This document shows positions 25,700 through 38,589 of a stretch of 64,000 bases of DNA, piece after piece. The position numbers were made by a program, and so were the translations under genes. Under the pieces are notes generated by a model. The model worked only from the letters and a program-made list of their open reading frames with translations, searched no databases and was not told the origin of the DNA. The stretch lies in contig NC_042997.1 in NCBI RefSeq assembly GCF_006345805.1, forward strand, positions 98,332,001-98,396,000, written 5' to 3'. Each line of letters begins with the position of its first letter. Position 1 is the stretch's first letter. The stretch comes from Octopus sinensis (taxonomy: Eukaryota).

Positions 25700-26930
25700 T
25701 GTCTTTAATAATCCCGTTTTATGATTAGATAGGGAAGATACGAACGCTAGAAAGGGCAGTACTGGAAAAGTAAATAATAAAAATGGAGCTAATAACTAAA
25801 TGTATAGTTACAAGAGAATGGATAGAAGGGAAATAACAAGTACTAGCACAAACAATATAACCGAAGGCGGTATCCAGAATGTAAGAAATCAGAATAGTGT
25901 AAATATCTTTTGATATAGAAAAACTAAGACAAGGGACATAAATATTCAAGTAAAAATAGGAGATAATAAAGAACTAGGTAGGGTTAATCACTGCGATTGA
26001 ACAAAACGAAAATTATGCCCATTAAAATTAAATTGCATAACTAAAGATTTGGTTTACATGGGCAAAGTACTTTCAGAAGAAGAGATATATTCCTACATAG
26101 GGTATAGTTCTAGTTTCATAAAATGTAGAAGAGCTAGTCACGAACTATCTTTTAGAGATAAAAATAAGAAAAATACGCACTTAAGTAAATTAATTTGGTC
26201 GTTAAAAGATATTAATAGAGCATACTGAATTACTTGGGATATAATTAGTAGGGCTAAACCCTATTGTAGAGGAAGCAAAAGCTGTGAATTAGTGTGTAGA
26301 GGAAATATAACAAATCTTTACCAGAAAATTTAATCTGATAAATCATAGGCAAGAACGTGCGCAAGATGTGCAAATACGTTTAAATATACTTTTAAGAAGT
26401 TTAAGTAAATGCATTACAATTACTACTAGAATTAGAATTAGAATTCAGCAAATAATGAACTTGAATTAAGTGAACACGTCTACAAATACAATTATATTAA
26501 TTTTCTTTGAAAAGAGTTGAAGAATGAAATTACATTTAATAAAATTAATGCTAAGAAGGATATTTAATTAAATATAACAAGAAAGTGATAAACCTATAAT
26601 TATAAAAATAAAAAATAAACCAAAAGTGTAATTCAATAACCCACACAGTATAAAAATACTCTTCTAAATTGGTAGAATGATGAGCTAGAATATAATACTT
26701 AGGAACCCACGAGAACCTTGACCTGCTTTGAAGACCACATCCAGCAATAAATAAACTGGTGGAGGTAAACTTCAGGTCACGAGGAAATACGACTATTTAG
26801 AGTAAAGTCAACACCTCTTAAAGGATCTACGCAGCTGAAACGTGCGTAGATCCAGGAGAAGAACGATGTAAATAATTGTATAATGAAATATGGATGCGCA
26901 AATTTCCGTTCTCATGATTTTCATTAATTT
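25700..26930 (+). pseudogene. Decayed PLE 3' part (GIY-YIG endonuclease plus 3' UTR)
   Basis: About 25990-26350 reads CPLKLNCITKDLVY...YIGYSS...HELSFRD..THLSKLIWSLKD..WDII.RAKPY...CEL. Confidence 0.75.
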
Positions 26931-27006
26931 CATTATATATATATATATATACATGTGTGTGTGTGTGTGTGTGTGTGTAAATACACATATATACGTTTAT
27001 ATATAT

Positions 27007-27075
<69 letters not shown>

Positions 27076-27271
27076 CTGTGTGTGTGTGTTTGTGTGTGAG
27101 TATGTATAAATGTTCGCTTTTATGGGAGATTACAGATGAAACAATTTAGCATTAAACTGAAAGGTCACACGGTACATCTTAGTATAGTACATATTTCTAA
27201 ATTTTACAACTTAAAGTTCGATAGTATCGTCTAAGTTTGGGCTTTGTAGCTGTCAATCGAATGTGTTTTTC

Positions 27272-27800
27272 AAGCTAGATGCGAATACGCCAGACATCAT
27301 ATTGAAAGACTTCAGACAAAAATCATGCCCCCTCATTGATATGACTATCCTAATCGATATAAACGTATCTGTCAAGACCTACCTAAAACTGAGCAAGTAT
27401 AGAGATCTTGAAACAGAAATTAGAAAAATGTGGAACCTGAAGATTAAAACAATACCTGTTGTCATAGGTGCCCTAGAAATGATAGCAAAAGCGGCTGATT
27501 CTTTTCTAGCTCAGATATCAGGAAACCCCAAAATGGCAGAAATTCAAAAGATAGTGCTCATGGGAACTGCCCATGTCCTACGTAACATACTGTCTAGGTA
27601 CTCTCAAATTTTAAAACAAACGCATAATTTTCTTATGGTTTCTTAAACATCCCTAGAACAACGGTATGTACAAAACCAAATATATAGCACTCTAGGCATA
27701 ACACCAGTATGAACTTCTAACTTGTTGTCTCTTGAGGTCTCTGGATGAGACTTGGAACCAACTTGTACAAATGCAAAACAAAAATCAAACATAAAATAAT
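27272..27800 (+). mobile_element. R4/Dong-type LINE 3' fragment, second subfamily
   Basis: PDIILKD, KLSKYRDLETEIRKMW, IPVVIGAL, IQKIVLMGTAHVLR; ends in (TAA)n. Confidence 0.85.
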
Positions 27801-27821
27801 AATAATAATGATAATAATAAT

Positions 27822-28200
27822 CCTTTCAACTGGAAGCAGAAGGCCTCAAATTTGAAGGAAGAGATTAAGTCGATTACATTGACCCCAGTGCGTAACTGGT
27901 ACTAATTTTATCGTCCCTGAAAGGATGAAAGCAAAGTCGACCTCAGCGGAATTTGAAGTCAGAACGTAACTGCAGACGAAATACCTATTTCTTTACTACC
28001 CACAAGGAGCTAAACACAGAGAGGACATAAGAAAGGAGAGACAAACGGATTAAGTCGATTATATCGACCCCAGTGCGTCACTGGTACTTATTTAATCAAC
28101 CCCGAAAGGATGAAAGGCAAAGTTGACCTCGGCAGAATTTGAACTCAGAACGTAGCGGCAGACGAAATACCGCTAAGCATTTCATCCAGCATGCTAACGA
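27822..28200 (-). mobile_element. SINE family B
   Basis: Matches 17850-18245. Confidence 0.85.
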
Positions 28201-28705
28201 TATCAATAATAACAATACTAAATGAAAAAGAACTGAAAATTATTTGAGAATGATCACTGGTTAACCATCCGTGCAGGAAGTGCAAAAGATTGTCTTAACT
28301 CGTACGTCATACGTTTTGAGAAGAGCATTGTCACTGTGAATTTTCTTCCCTTTTCCACCTTCATTTTCTTTATTTAATTAGTTTTTATTTTTTTCATTTT
28401 TTCTCTATCACATAACTTTGTAAATGAACAATTTGTTGTGTTTAATTTAATGGCCTAACAATATATATATAGTGCGTTTCCCTGTCCTAGGTGTCAGGAA
28501 GGCACCCGGCAAAAAATAGAAATAGAATTGAAAGATGATAATGAAAATAACAATAATAATACTGATGATGATGATGATGATTTCTCTTACTGGACACAAG
28601 GGCCAAATCATTCAATAAAAGGAACTACTTGATATGAAGGTGGAGGGGAAAATTCAATTAAAATAGTAAAAGGAAAGGAGATTAATAAAGTGTAGTCAGA
28701 CTTAC

Positions 28706-29355
28706 AGCAAATAATTGTCCAAGTGTAACAGATAATCCGGAAAGAAGATTAATAATGTATAGGCAGACTTACGGCAAATAATTGTCCAAGAGTAGATAGA
28801 AAGTGATCGTGAGCCCATATCTGAACGTTTGGGGTCAAGGTTAGCAAAAAAAACGTAAATACCATAATAAACGTTATCATAAATTCTATACCAAAAGCTT
28901 GACCTTTGTGTTTCGGCATGAACCGTTGTAACCCCTAGTTGGCCGTGCGCCTCATGTGGGGTTAATCCGTATAAAATACCAGCGCCTGTAATGGCACCGG
29001 CGTATTGTGCTGTGATATAAAAAATTGCCCTTAACACATTGACGTTTCGCGTGACTAGCATTGCTATAGTAACGGCCGGATTCAGGTGAGCACCGCTGAT
29101 ATGTCCCACACACTGGACCAACGTGGCGGTGGCCAGTCCGAAAGTGAGTGCTATTTTCAATTCGTATTCGATGAGCCGTCTCTCATCCATGATCTGTCGT
29201 TTCTCTTCTTGTCTCCATAACGTCCAAGAACCACATCCGATGAAAGTATAAAGCAAAGTAGTAAGGAATTCACAGCGGATAGCCTTCCAAAAACTGTGAC
29301 TCTTTAAGTCCTCCTTAAGAGACATCAGCTTGCTTCGGAACGGAGTTTCGGTCAT
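28706..29355 (-). CDS. Aquaporin (AQP4/big-brain-like MIP family), first coding exon covering TM1-TM5; frameshifted as assembled
   Basis: FWKAIRCEFLTTLLYTFIGCGS, IALTFGLATATLVQCVGHISGAHLNPAVT, AQYAGAITGAGILYG; alternate frame GQAFGIEFMITFIMVFT; DPKRSD; GLSVTLGQLFA followed by a GTAAGT donor. Confidence 0.9.
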
Positions 29356-29489
29356 AGCTGAAGCTGTACTGAAATCAACAATTGATGCTGATGATGCGGT
29401 TAACGTTGCCTCTGCCGTTATTGTAGCTGTTTTCTATTTCTTTTCTGTTTTTCCTTTTTTTCGTTTCTGATTATTATACTTCTAGCGGT

Positions 29490-30240
29490 GTTATTGTTGT
29501 TGTCACTGTTGTTGTTGTTGTTGTGTTGGTGTTTTATTTTTTCTTGTTGGCGTTGCTGCTGCCGCTGCTACTGCTGCTACCGCTGCTGTTGTTTATGTTG
29601 TTCTGGTTGCGTATTCCTCGTTGCTGCTACGGATGATCGTTTGGCAGCTGCGGGTGAGAGTGATGCATGATGATGACAATGATGAATGTGATGGTGATGA
29701 TGATGATGATGATGATGGCGACGACGGCGACGATGATCGTGATGATGATGACGACGACGAGGACGATTACGATAATGATGAATATATATCGATGGTGGGG
29801 GCGCTGGTGTTGGCGGTTATGGTTGTGTTGATGTTTTTGATTGGGATTTTATCGATGCTGTTACAACTGACGCTGGTGTTACTGCTTTTAATGCCTCTCT
29901 TATTGCTGCTGCTGTACTGTTGCTGCTGCCGATGATGATGGTGTTACTACTGTTGTTGATGGTATTGCTGTTGTTGTCGTCGTTCTTGTTGTTGACGACG
30001 ATGATGATGATGGTGATGACGCTGTTGTATTTGACCCTTCTCTCTATTGTTTCTTCTTCTTCTTCTTCTTCTTCTTCTTCTTCTTCTCCTTCTCCTCCTC
30101 CTCCTCCTCCTCCTTCTCCTCCTCCTCCTCCTTCTTCTTCTTCTTCTTCTTCTTCTTCTTCTTCTTCTTCTTCTTCTATTACTGCTGCTGGTGCAGTTGC
30201 TTCTGTTCTGAAGTTACTAGTGATGACGATGATAACGGTA

Positions 30241-30273
<33 letters not shown>

Positions 30274-30385
30274 CGGCTTCTGTCGATGCTGCTGTAGCTG
30301 ATATTACAAACATTAGCGCGCTATGTTCTGGTAGAACGGGATATATAGTGGAGGCAGTTATAACTCCTACTCCTACTCCTACTCC
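29490..30385. repeat. Compound trinucleotide low-complexity tract upstream of the aquaporin ATG
   Basis: (GTT), (GCT), (GAT), (TCT) and (CCT) runs. Confidence 0.85.
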
Positions 30386-30634
30386 TGCTTCCACCTCTCT
30401 CACGGTTGGCTGCTGGAGATGCTGGATGTGAAGATGATATCCACACAATATCAATAGGTCGATGACGACTTTAGTGTTGAGTGTATAATGGAGGAGGGTG
30501 GCGGTGACGGCGGTAGAAGGGGTTCAAATGCATACAGGTGTCTCTCGTTGCTGTAGCCTTGGCGGTAGTGGGGCCGATGTTTGTTGGTTTCTTATATATA
30601 TATATATATATGTTATATATTATATATATATATG

Positions 30635-30679
<45 letters not shown>

Positions 30680-31191
30680 GTATATATATATGTATATATA
30701 TATAAATAAATAAATAAAACATATGCATATATACATACATATATGTACGTACCTACCTCTACGTGTATATATACATGCATACATGGGTACAGGACACCAA
30801 AAAAAAAAACGTCGAACACAATGAGAAACGAAAACATAAACACAAAACCGTGCAAATGGACATTTTTTTAAACAACGAAAAAATAGAGTACAGGACATAC
30901 AAACAAGGAAAATTCCCCTTCTTCAGTCGCCTTAATTTCATCTACTCCACGTTTCGAAGGTCAGGCGATACATGACTTCAATGAAATTTTCCTTCCCGCG
31001 GAAATCAAATTGAATAAAATTTGAGATTTTTTTGCGGAGGGGTAAAAATGGTAACAAAAACAGGACAGTAGCGACAGTACAAAATATAAACAGGACAACG
31101 GAGAATAACACTAACACAAACAAGGAGGGCTGTTAAGCCAAACGAGATATATATATATATGTATGTGTATATATATATATATTATATATAT

Positions 31192-31224
<33 letters not shown>

Positions 31225-31297
31225 GTAGAAAATAAGCAAGAGGATATCAAGAAGTGATGCAGTACGACCGTTTTAAGTGGCTCCATTTAATTGAACG

Positions 31298-33350
31298 GAG
31301 TGGGGTGAGAGGACTTGCTTAAAACGCCATTCAGATCAGGAAGACGAAGCAAGCTCCGAGTTGGGGGATTTTTCCCATATTTTTAACCACACCTTTCGAA
31401 ATGATATGGGCAGGGAACATCTTTTTATGAAAATAAAATAAAATATATTATCTCGTACAACCCTCCCCCTCATCATCCCACTCCTGACCGATTTTGGCCA
31501 ATTTATTTTGCACTTGGAAACCATCGGTGGAGCCTTTTCCATAAGAATAATATTAAAAAGAATTTGGGAAGCGTGTGTGTTTGTGTGTTGTTGTTGTTTT
31601 CGGGGGATTTTGAAAGCTTTTTGGTGGGTACAGCTTGTTTATTTGTTGGTGTACTGTTGTGCCTACTTCTTAGTATTTTATGTGTGACTTCTGTCCACTC
31701 AATTCTGTTGGCCTCTCCGCACGACATGACTAAGTGGTCAGAGTCGGGAAGGGGTAGTTCTAGCGGATCGAAATTTGCTGATGTTTTTGTTCCTCTGGCA
31801 AGAGCTGCGTTGATGGTGTTTTTGTGGGCGCTGCGCTGTGGTGGTGGTTGTGGTCAGCGCCTCTGTTGTTGTTGGCGTTGTTGTCTCTCTTGTAGTTGTG
31901 GTTGGTGGTGATTTGTTTGCTGTAGCCCTCTCTGCTTTCTATTCGTGGAGTTTCTTCTCTTGTTGGGGTTGCTTTTGTTGTTGGGGCTGCTTCAGTAGAT
32001 GGGGTTGCTTCAGTTGCTGTGGTGTGGGTGGTGCTTGTATCAAGGGGATATTTCTCTCCTTGTGTTTTAGTTGTGGGCAGAAGGCTTTCAGGTGCTTAGT
32101 CTGCCCGAAATGTCAACATCTTTGCCTTCTGCCCCCAACTGTGACGTTCATTATAGTACCATCTGGAAGGCTGAGTTGGTCAGGAATTTGTTCCAAACGT
32201 CTTGGTTTATTTGGATCATTATTTACAATCCTGCCACAGCATGGCCGCGGCCTTCGGGATAAAACATTTTTAAGGCTTTTAAGGATTTAAGTCCAGTTGG
32301 TTTTTCTTTGTTTCTCGACTTGGGTGATTCTGATTTTATCTAGCAAGTCGAGGGGGATGGCTGCGGCAATCCACAAACAGTCATTTCTGGTAGTATCTCC
32401 AGTATTTTTATCTTGGTGACGCGCCCTCCCAAGTTTGTTGAAACTAGGACAAATTCACTGTTTCTCATCCGAGCTGAGTGCTGCTTTGCTACGTATTCTA
32501 TAGCAAATCTGACTTGAATTGTGCTTTATTTCTTACACATCGACAGATATGTTACGTCTTTCCAAATGGGTTGCAAGCATTTTCAACTGCTTGCTTTGTG
32601 ACAGTTTCTAAGCGTCTATTTTTTACAGGTATAGTTTTATACATTATAGTACGTTTGTTTGCATTGTCTATAATATCTGGAGGCGTGTTCATCAAAACAC
32701 ATCTTTCGCATTTTCTTTTTAACATGTTTCTGTAGACTTTGAGAGAATCTACAGAAACACTAATGAATTCATTACTAGGCTTTGCCATTGACGCAAATCC
32801 TCGGCTGTTTAATGTATTGGGTTGTTATTGTTGTTGTTGAGTGTTCAATGTGTTAGTGTCAGTGGTGATAGTGGGAGGGCTTGGATTCACAGGAGTAGCA
32901 ACACTGGCAGCATTCATTAGCTGAATTTCCTTGCTCTTTTCCTCTTCTTTCTCGCGTTTCTTTTCTTTTTTATCCTTCTGTTGCTCAGCGTTGCACGTGC
33001 TAGCAAGACTTTGGTCGTCCCTCCCTCTGCCTTTTAAGGCGCGGAGAGGGGACGGAAGCAATTAATTTTAAAACTTTTTTGGCTGTTTTCGGAAAGCAGA
33101 GGAGGGAATTCAAAAAGAAAAGAACAGCTAACACTCTTCAAGGATATTTTGCAAATTTTGAAAAATGAAAACATGAAGAATTTAAATTGAAAATTCGTCC
33201 CAAAAGGGGTAAAGTCCCGCCTAACCCTTCGGCTAAATAATAGCCCAATCGGCCTGGCTACAAAAATGTTAAAAAGTTCAGAAACAACAATGTTATCTGT
33301 ACAAATTGAACAAAAATTTACAGCTCACGAACACATGTCCTTCTTCTTTT
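31298..33350 (-). mobile_element. Decayed ORF1-only LINE derivative
   Basis: Degenerate knuckle VTVGGRRQRC*HFGQTKHLKAFCP (about 32075-32146); ORF pieces 32552-33061; layout parallels 21309-23621. Confidence 0.6.
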
Positions 33351-33439
33351 CCCTACGAAAATGACGATCATCAAAATAAATGGCTGGACGTTATTCCTCA
33401 TGTCATGCAATTAAAATCAAAAACGCAAAAATGGACACG

Positions 33440-35750
33440 TGAAGAATATATTTCAAAAAAGGTACATCAGAAATAGACATAGAACGCTTAAAAGGAAAAA
33501 TACATCAGGAAAGAACACAGCAATGTCAAATAATATCATAAGCAGTGGGACTGTAAAATATGAAGACAGAAGAAACATGTCCAGAAACGAAGTAAACAAC
33601 GAAAGACAAGAAACCCAGACCGTAGGAATGTATAATAATGACCAACAAGCACCAAACCAGAACGCCACAGACAAAACATATGAACGGGAGGGAATACGAA
33701 GCAAATCTAAAACCTGGAGACAGTGAAGGTGAAACTAATGATTATGTACACTAAAAATTAGCTTTATCAAAGAATTGAAAGCTACAGATCTCAGTATGGA
33801 CCACCGAGTGTACCTCCCAAAAATTAAAATTGATAATAAAACAACGTCAGTAATAAATAGCATGAACCTAACCGTCACAGAACTATTCGCCATAGAAACA
33901 AATGTCAATATGGCCAGGCTAAATGATATAATATAAACACGAGCATCCCCATCCCCAAAAAAACTGTGGATAAATAATATCCAGAACATAGTAGCATATA
34001 TGAGAAAGGTTCTGTCAATTCTTAATGAAACTACTAGACAATCAACACTACTAAGCAACAAGAAGAGAAGAAAAATACTACATAAATACAAAATTACAGA
34101 ACAAGGTATACTGAGGTAAGAGAACAGCTAAAGCAAGATATCCTCACCAAAGCATAAAGAATCCGCCGGTATGAGAAACGCTAACGTTTCTTTGAACAAA
34201 ATAAACAGTTCAACTCCAACCTGAAAAGATTCTACCAAGCATTTGGCAAAAATATAATAGACATCAATGCAGCAAGAGTGGAAGAATTTTGAGAATGAAT
34301 ATGGTTGGCGAAGAAACAACCTGTGCAAAGATCTATAAAAACAACGAACATAACACCTGGACAACTCTGGAGTCCTGTAACAACTGAAGAGGTTATTCAA
34401 GTACTGCAAAAACTAAGCAACTGGAAGGCAGCAGGGCACAACAATTTTCCCAACGTCTGCTTAAAATATCAAACAGGAACACATAAAAAGCTGGTTGAGA
34501 AATTTAATGAAATACTAGTAGAGCCAGAGACAATCACTGAAGGGAAAACTATCCTAATTCCCAAATCTACTGAAACGGCAAACCTACAAAATTGCCTCTG
34601 CATTTTACAAAGCCTTTACTGCAAGAATAACACAGATAATGAGCAAACATCTGGAAGGAAACAACCTGTTTCCAGAAGAGCAAAAGGGAATCTGCAAGGG
34701 CTCATACGACTGTAAATATCAGCTACTGATCAATAAAGCCATAACTGAAGACAGCCGCAGAAGAAAGAAAGGATTAAGTATGGCCTGGATCGATTACAGA
34801 AAGGCTTTTGATAGTATTCCCCACGTATGGATCCTAGAAACACCAGCCATGAATAATAGCACCAATAATCAAAATATAGATGGATGATCTAAAAGAGTAC
34901 GGTACTAATAGTAAACAGTACATGGATTTACCAAATAAATAAACATGAAATTTGGCTTAGAAACATGTGCCAAAGCGACCTTGAAAGGGGAAAAAGGAAT
35001 TGAGAGTGTCAACATCCCACTAAATAAAGCAAATGAAACAAGAGAATTAGACCAAATCCAGACGCAAATACTTAGGAATCAATGAACTAGATACGATACA
35101 ACACACACACAAATGAAAGAAGATTAGAAAAGATACTATAGAAGAGTAAGATTAATACTGAAAACAGAGAGCTGAATGCGACTAACAAGATAATAGGTAA
35201 CAACACTTTAGCCGCCCCAATTATGAGTTACAGCTACAATATTCTTAACTGGACTCTAAATGAGCTAATCAAAATTGACAGGAAAAGAAAAATAATGACA
35301 GGATTTAGGATGTACCACCCAAAATCTGACATTGAAAGGTAAGTACACAACGTATCCAAGGTGGTTGGAGCCTTATACAGCTAGAAAACTATTACAAAAT
35401 AACCACTATAGGACTACAGAAATACATACTTTAGAAGCAAGGAAAACTAAATAGCCACAAACCACCAGCAAAATGGAAACCTCTTTTCAGCCTTTAAGGA
35501 AGCTGACAAATACAAAAAAGAAGTCATAGTACCTAACAACTATGAAGAAAAAGAAGAAACAACGAAATCCAAACTAAAATAAAACTGGAACAGCAACAGA
35601 TCATGATAAAACGATGGCAAGTAAAGCCCCTTCATGGCAAACTTTCGGTTAAAATAAAAAGAAATAGACAAAGCAAAATCGCAACAATGTTTGAGAGGCT
35701 CAGGACTCAAAGCATAGACTGAAGGGCTTTTAATTGCAGCACAAGATGAC
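33440..35750 (+). mobile_element. Decayed R4/Dong LINE
   Basis: LSNWKAAG, EEQKG, QLLINKAI, WIDYRKAFDSIPH; homologous to 12093-13907. Confidence 0.85.
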
Positions 35751-35869
35751 GCTATAATAAATTTTCACTATTTATAAACTGGCAAAGACGTGTGAGGACA
35801 GAGAACATAAAAAAATTAGCTTTACCTCTAGGAAGAACATTAGATAAATGGAAAACCCAGAATTGGATA

Positions 35870-37645
35870 ATCTAGTACCTAGTTTTTGGACTCTTCAAAT
35901 ACGTTTGTTATCGTAAATTTGATTAGACTTCTTCAGCTAGATTTACCTGGGCAATATTTCAAAGGTTGTTACATCAATACCAGTATACTCACCTGAACAC
36001 CTGGCCGTTAACAATAACGAGAACAGTGAAAATTGTTATAGAGGACAACAAACGTTAAAGCAAGGAAAACGTCTCAGGTCGTATACATTATTATTATTGG
36101 AAAAAATTGAAAACTTACAGCTGTTTTGGGGATATCCCTGAGTATGGGATATTCCATCATTGGAGTCAGATAGGGAAACTGAGAAGGGTATATATTAATG
36201 AAATGACGACATAAAGGACAAGAGTAAAGGAATGAGGAGATGAAAAAAGAGAAGAAAAAAGTAGCATAAGAGTTCAAATTTCCGATCTTGTTGATGTAAG
36301 TCCGTAAATCCTTAGGTGCACTCCTGCGTAAATCTATGTAGGTTAAAGTCCTGATGGCGAGCTGGCAGAATCGTTAGCACGCCGGGCGAAATGCGTAGCC
36401 GTATTTCGTCTGCCGTTACGTTCTGAGTTCAAATTCCACCGAGGTCGACTTTGCCTTTCATCCTTTCGTAGTCGATTAAATAAGTACCAGTTATGCACTG
36501 GGGTCGATATAATCGACTTAATAACTATGTCTGTCCTTGTTTGTCCCCTCTGTGTTTCTTTATTACCCTCTTGTGGGTAATAAAGAAATAGGTATTGTAA
36601 GAATCCAGAAATAGTCGTGAACATAACAGAATAGTACAGAAGGTGGCTATTAGGCGGTAAAAAGAAAGAAAAGTAAATAGGAAGAGAAGTAGAGAGAGAG
36701 TGAGGGAGGAAGTTAAGGATTGTCGTTAAGGATAAAGTAAGCTATATAAAAACATAGTGTACAAAAATAGCCAAGAAGATAAGAGAAGAGGAGGAGGATG
36801 TAAAAGAAGATAACGTAAAAAAACAAAATAAGCAAAATAATGTGAAATGAAAGGAATTTAAAGAGAAATGTAGGTGACAGTGGTATTCTAGTCAACAGGG
36901 GTTAGGGAGGAAATCTAGTAGTAAATAATTATGTTTGTTCTGGCTAAGGTCAGTGGTTGTAGAATTATTTTTAGCAATGTGGTTATGGGTATGTGGGTAG
37001 TGGTGAATGGAGAAGCTGGTTGAATGTTAAATTATTTAGGAGTAGGAGATAGAATTAAATATTTGGGAATTTATTAGGTTAAGATTTATAAACAAATTAA
37101 AGAATTAATATTTCGCTTATAAAGTGATGATGTAAGTGATGGAAGGGATATAGAAGGGTATGTATTAACGATCATGGAGGTTTCTATGTGGATGTTATTC
37201 GTGGGGGTGAATTTACATTGAGATTTATAGAAGAATTTAAAAGGAAGAAAGAATTTGTACTTACACTTTGTGAAGGCTTCGTTGTGTATATTAAGCAAGT
37301 GCGGTGAATTATAGGTTAACATTTTGAGTCCTTGCTTCTTTTAAGCAGAGTCCAAAAATGGAGTGCTGGCCCTTATATGGGATACCAGAGTCTGCTATAG
37401 CCAAGGAAAGTCTATATTGTATTTTCCCAATATTTAGATGGTGTACGTGGCTGGCTAGTGCTGTGGAATTGCTATTCTCTTTATATTTAAACGAGTTTAA
37501 ATGTGCATATCTTTGTTTAGAATTTATGGTAAATCCGATGTATAGGAATTATTTACTATGTTGTGAACGGTGCATTGGTATACGACGTTGAATCCTCTGC
37601 AATGAGCTTGCAGCGGGCAGTCTGTCCCGGATCTGCAGTTGCAGC
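35870..37645 (-). pseudogene. Decayed PLE 3' part (GIY-YIG, 3' UTR, decayed HHR at 35870-35942)
   Basis: Minus strand CNCRSGTDCPLQAHCRGFNVVYQCTV..LYIG..NSTALASHV; atctag-CTGAAGA...ccAAAAActaggTA-ctagat. Confidence 0.7.
36345..36597 (+). mobile_element. SINE family B nested in the PLE remnant
   Basis: Matches 17850-18085. Confidence 0.85.
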
Positions 37646-37871
37646 TATCAAGTTCTACGATGGTTAATTGGAAAGATGATGTAGTGCTTGTAGTGAATCG
37701 TTCGGGATATCGTTGTTTTCACTGCTGTCATTTCTACCAGCAATATTCACACCAGCGTTACCATTATTATTATTATCGTCATTATCGTTATTGGTATCGC
37801 TATAGTGTTAACAACAGCAACAACAACAACAACAACCATCATCATCATCATCATCATTATTATTATTATTA

Positions 37872-37906
<35 letters not shown>

Positions 37907-38039
37907 GTAGTAGTAGTAGCATTATTAGTAGTAATGTTAGTATTAACAGTGGTAGTGGAGGTGATATTAGTGATGTTATTATTGCAACTATTAGTAGTAG
38001 CACTTGATATATGAGTATGAGTAGTAGTATTATATTCAT

Positions 38040-38418
38040 ATTTCTTTACTGCCCACACGGGGCTACAAACAGAGGGACAGACAAGGACAGACAAACGGAT
38101 AAAGTCGATTATATCGACCCCAGTGCATAACTGGTACTTATTTAATCAACCCCGAAAGGACGAAAGGCAAAGTCGACCTCGGCGGAATTTGAACTCTGAA
38201 CGTAGCAGCAGAGGAAATACCTATTTCTATTTCTTTACTACCCACAAAGGGCTAAACACAGAGGGGACAAACAAGGAGAGACAAACGGATTAAGTCGATT
38301 ACATCGACCCCCAGTGTTTCACTGGTATTTAATTTATCGACCCCGAAAGGATGAAAGGCCAAGTCGACCTCGGCGGAATTTGAACTCAGAACGTAACGGC
38401 AGACGAAATACCGCTAGC
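38040..38418 (-). mobile_element. SINE family B
   Basis: Matches other copies. Confidence 0.85.
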
Positions 38419-38506
38419 ACATACTTACGGTATCTAGTCATTTAGATCACCTGTGAACTTAACCCCCACATTCTGTATATATATATATATATATATAGAT
38501 AAATAA

Positions 38507-38579
<73 letters not shown>

Positions 38580-38589
38580 TAGATATATT

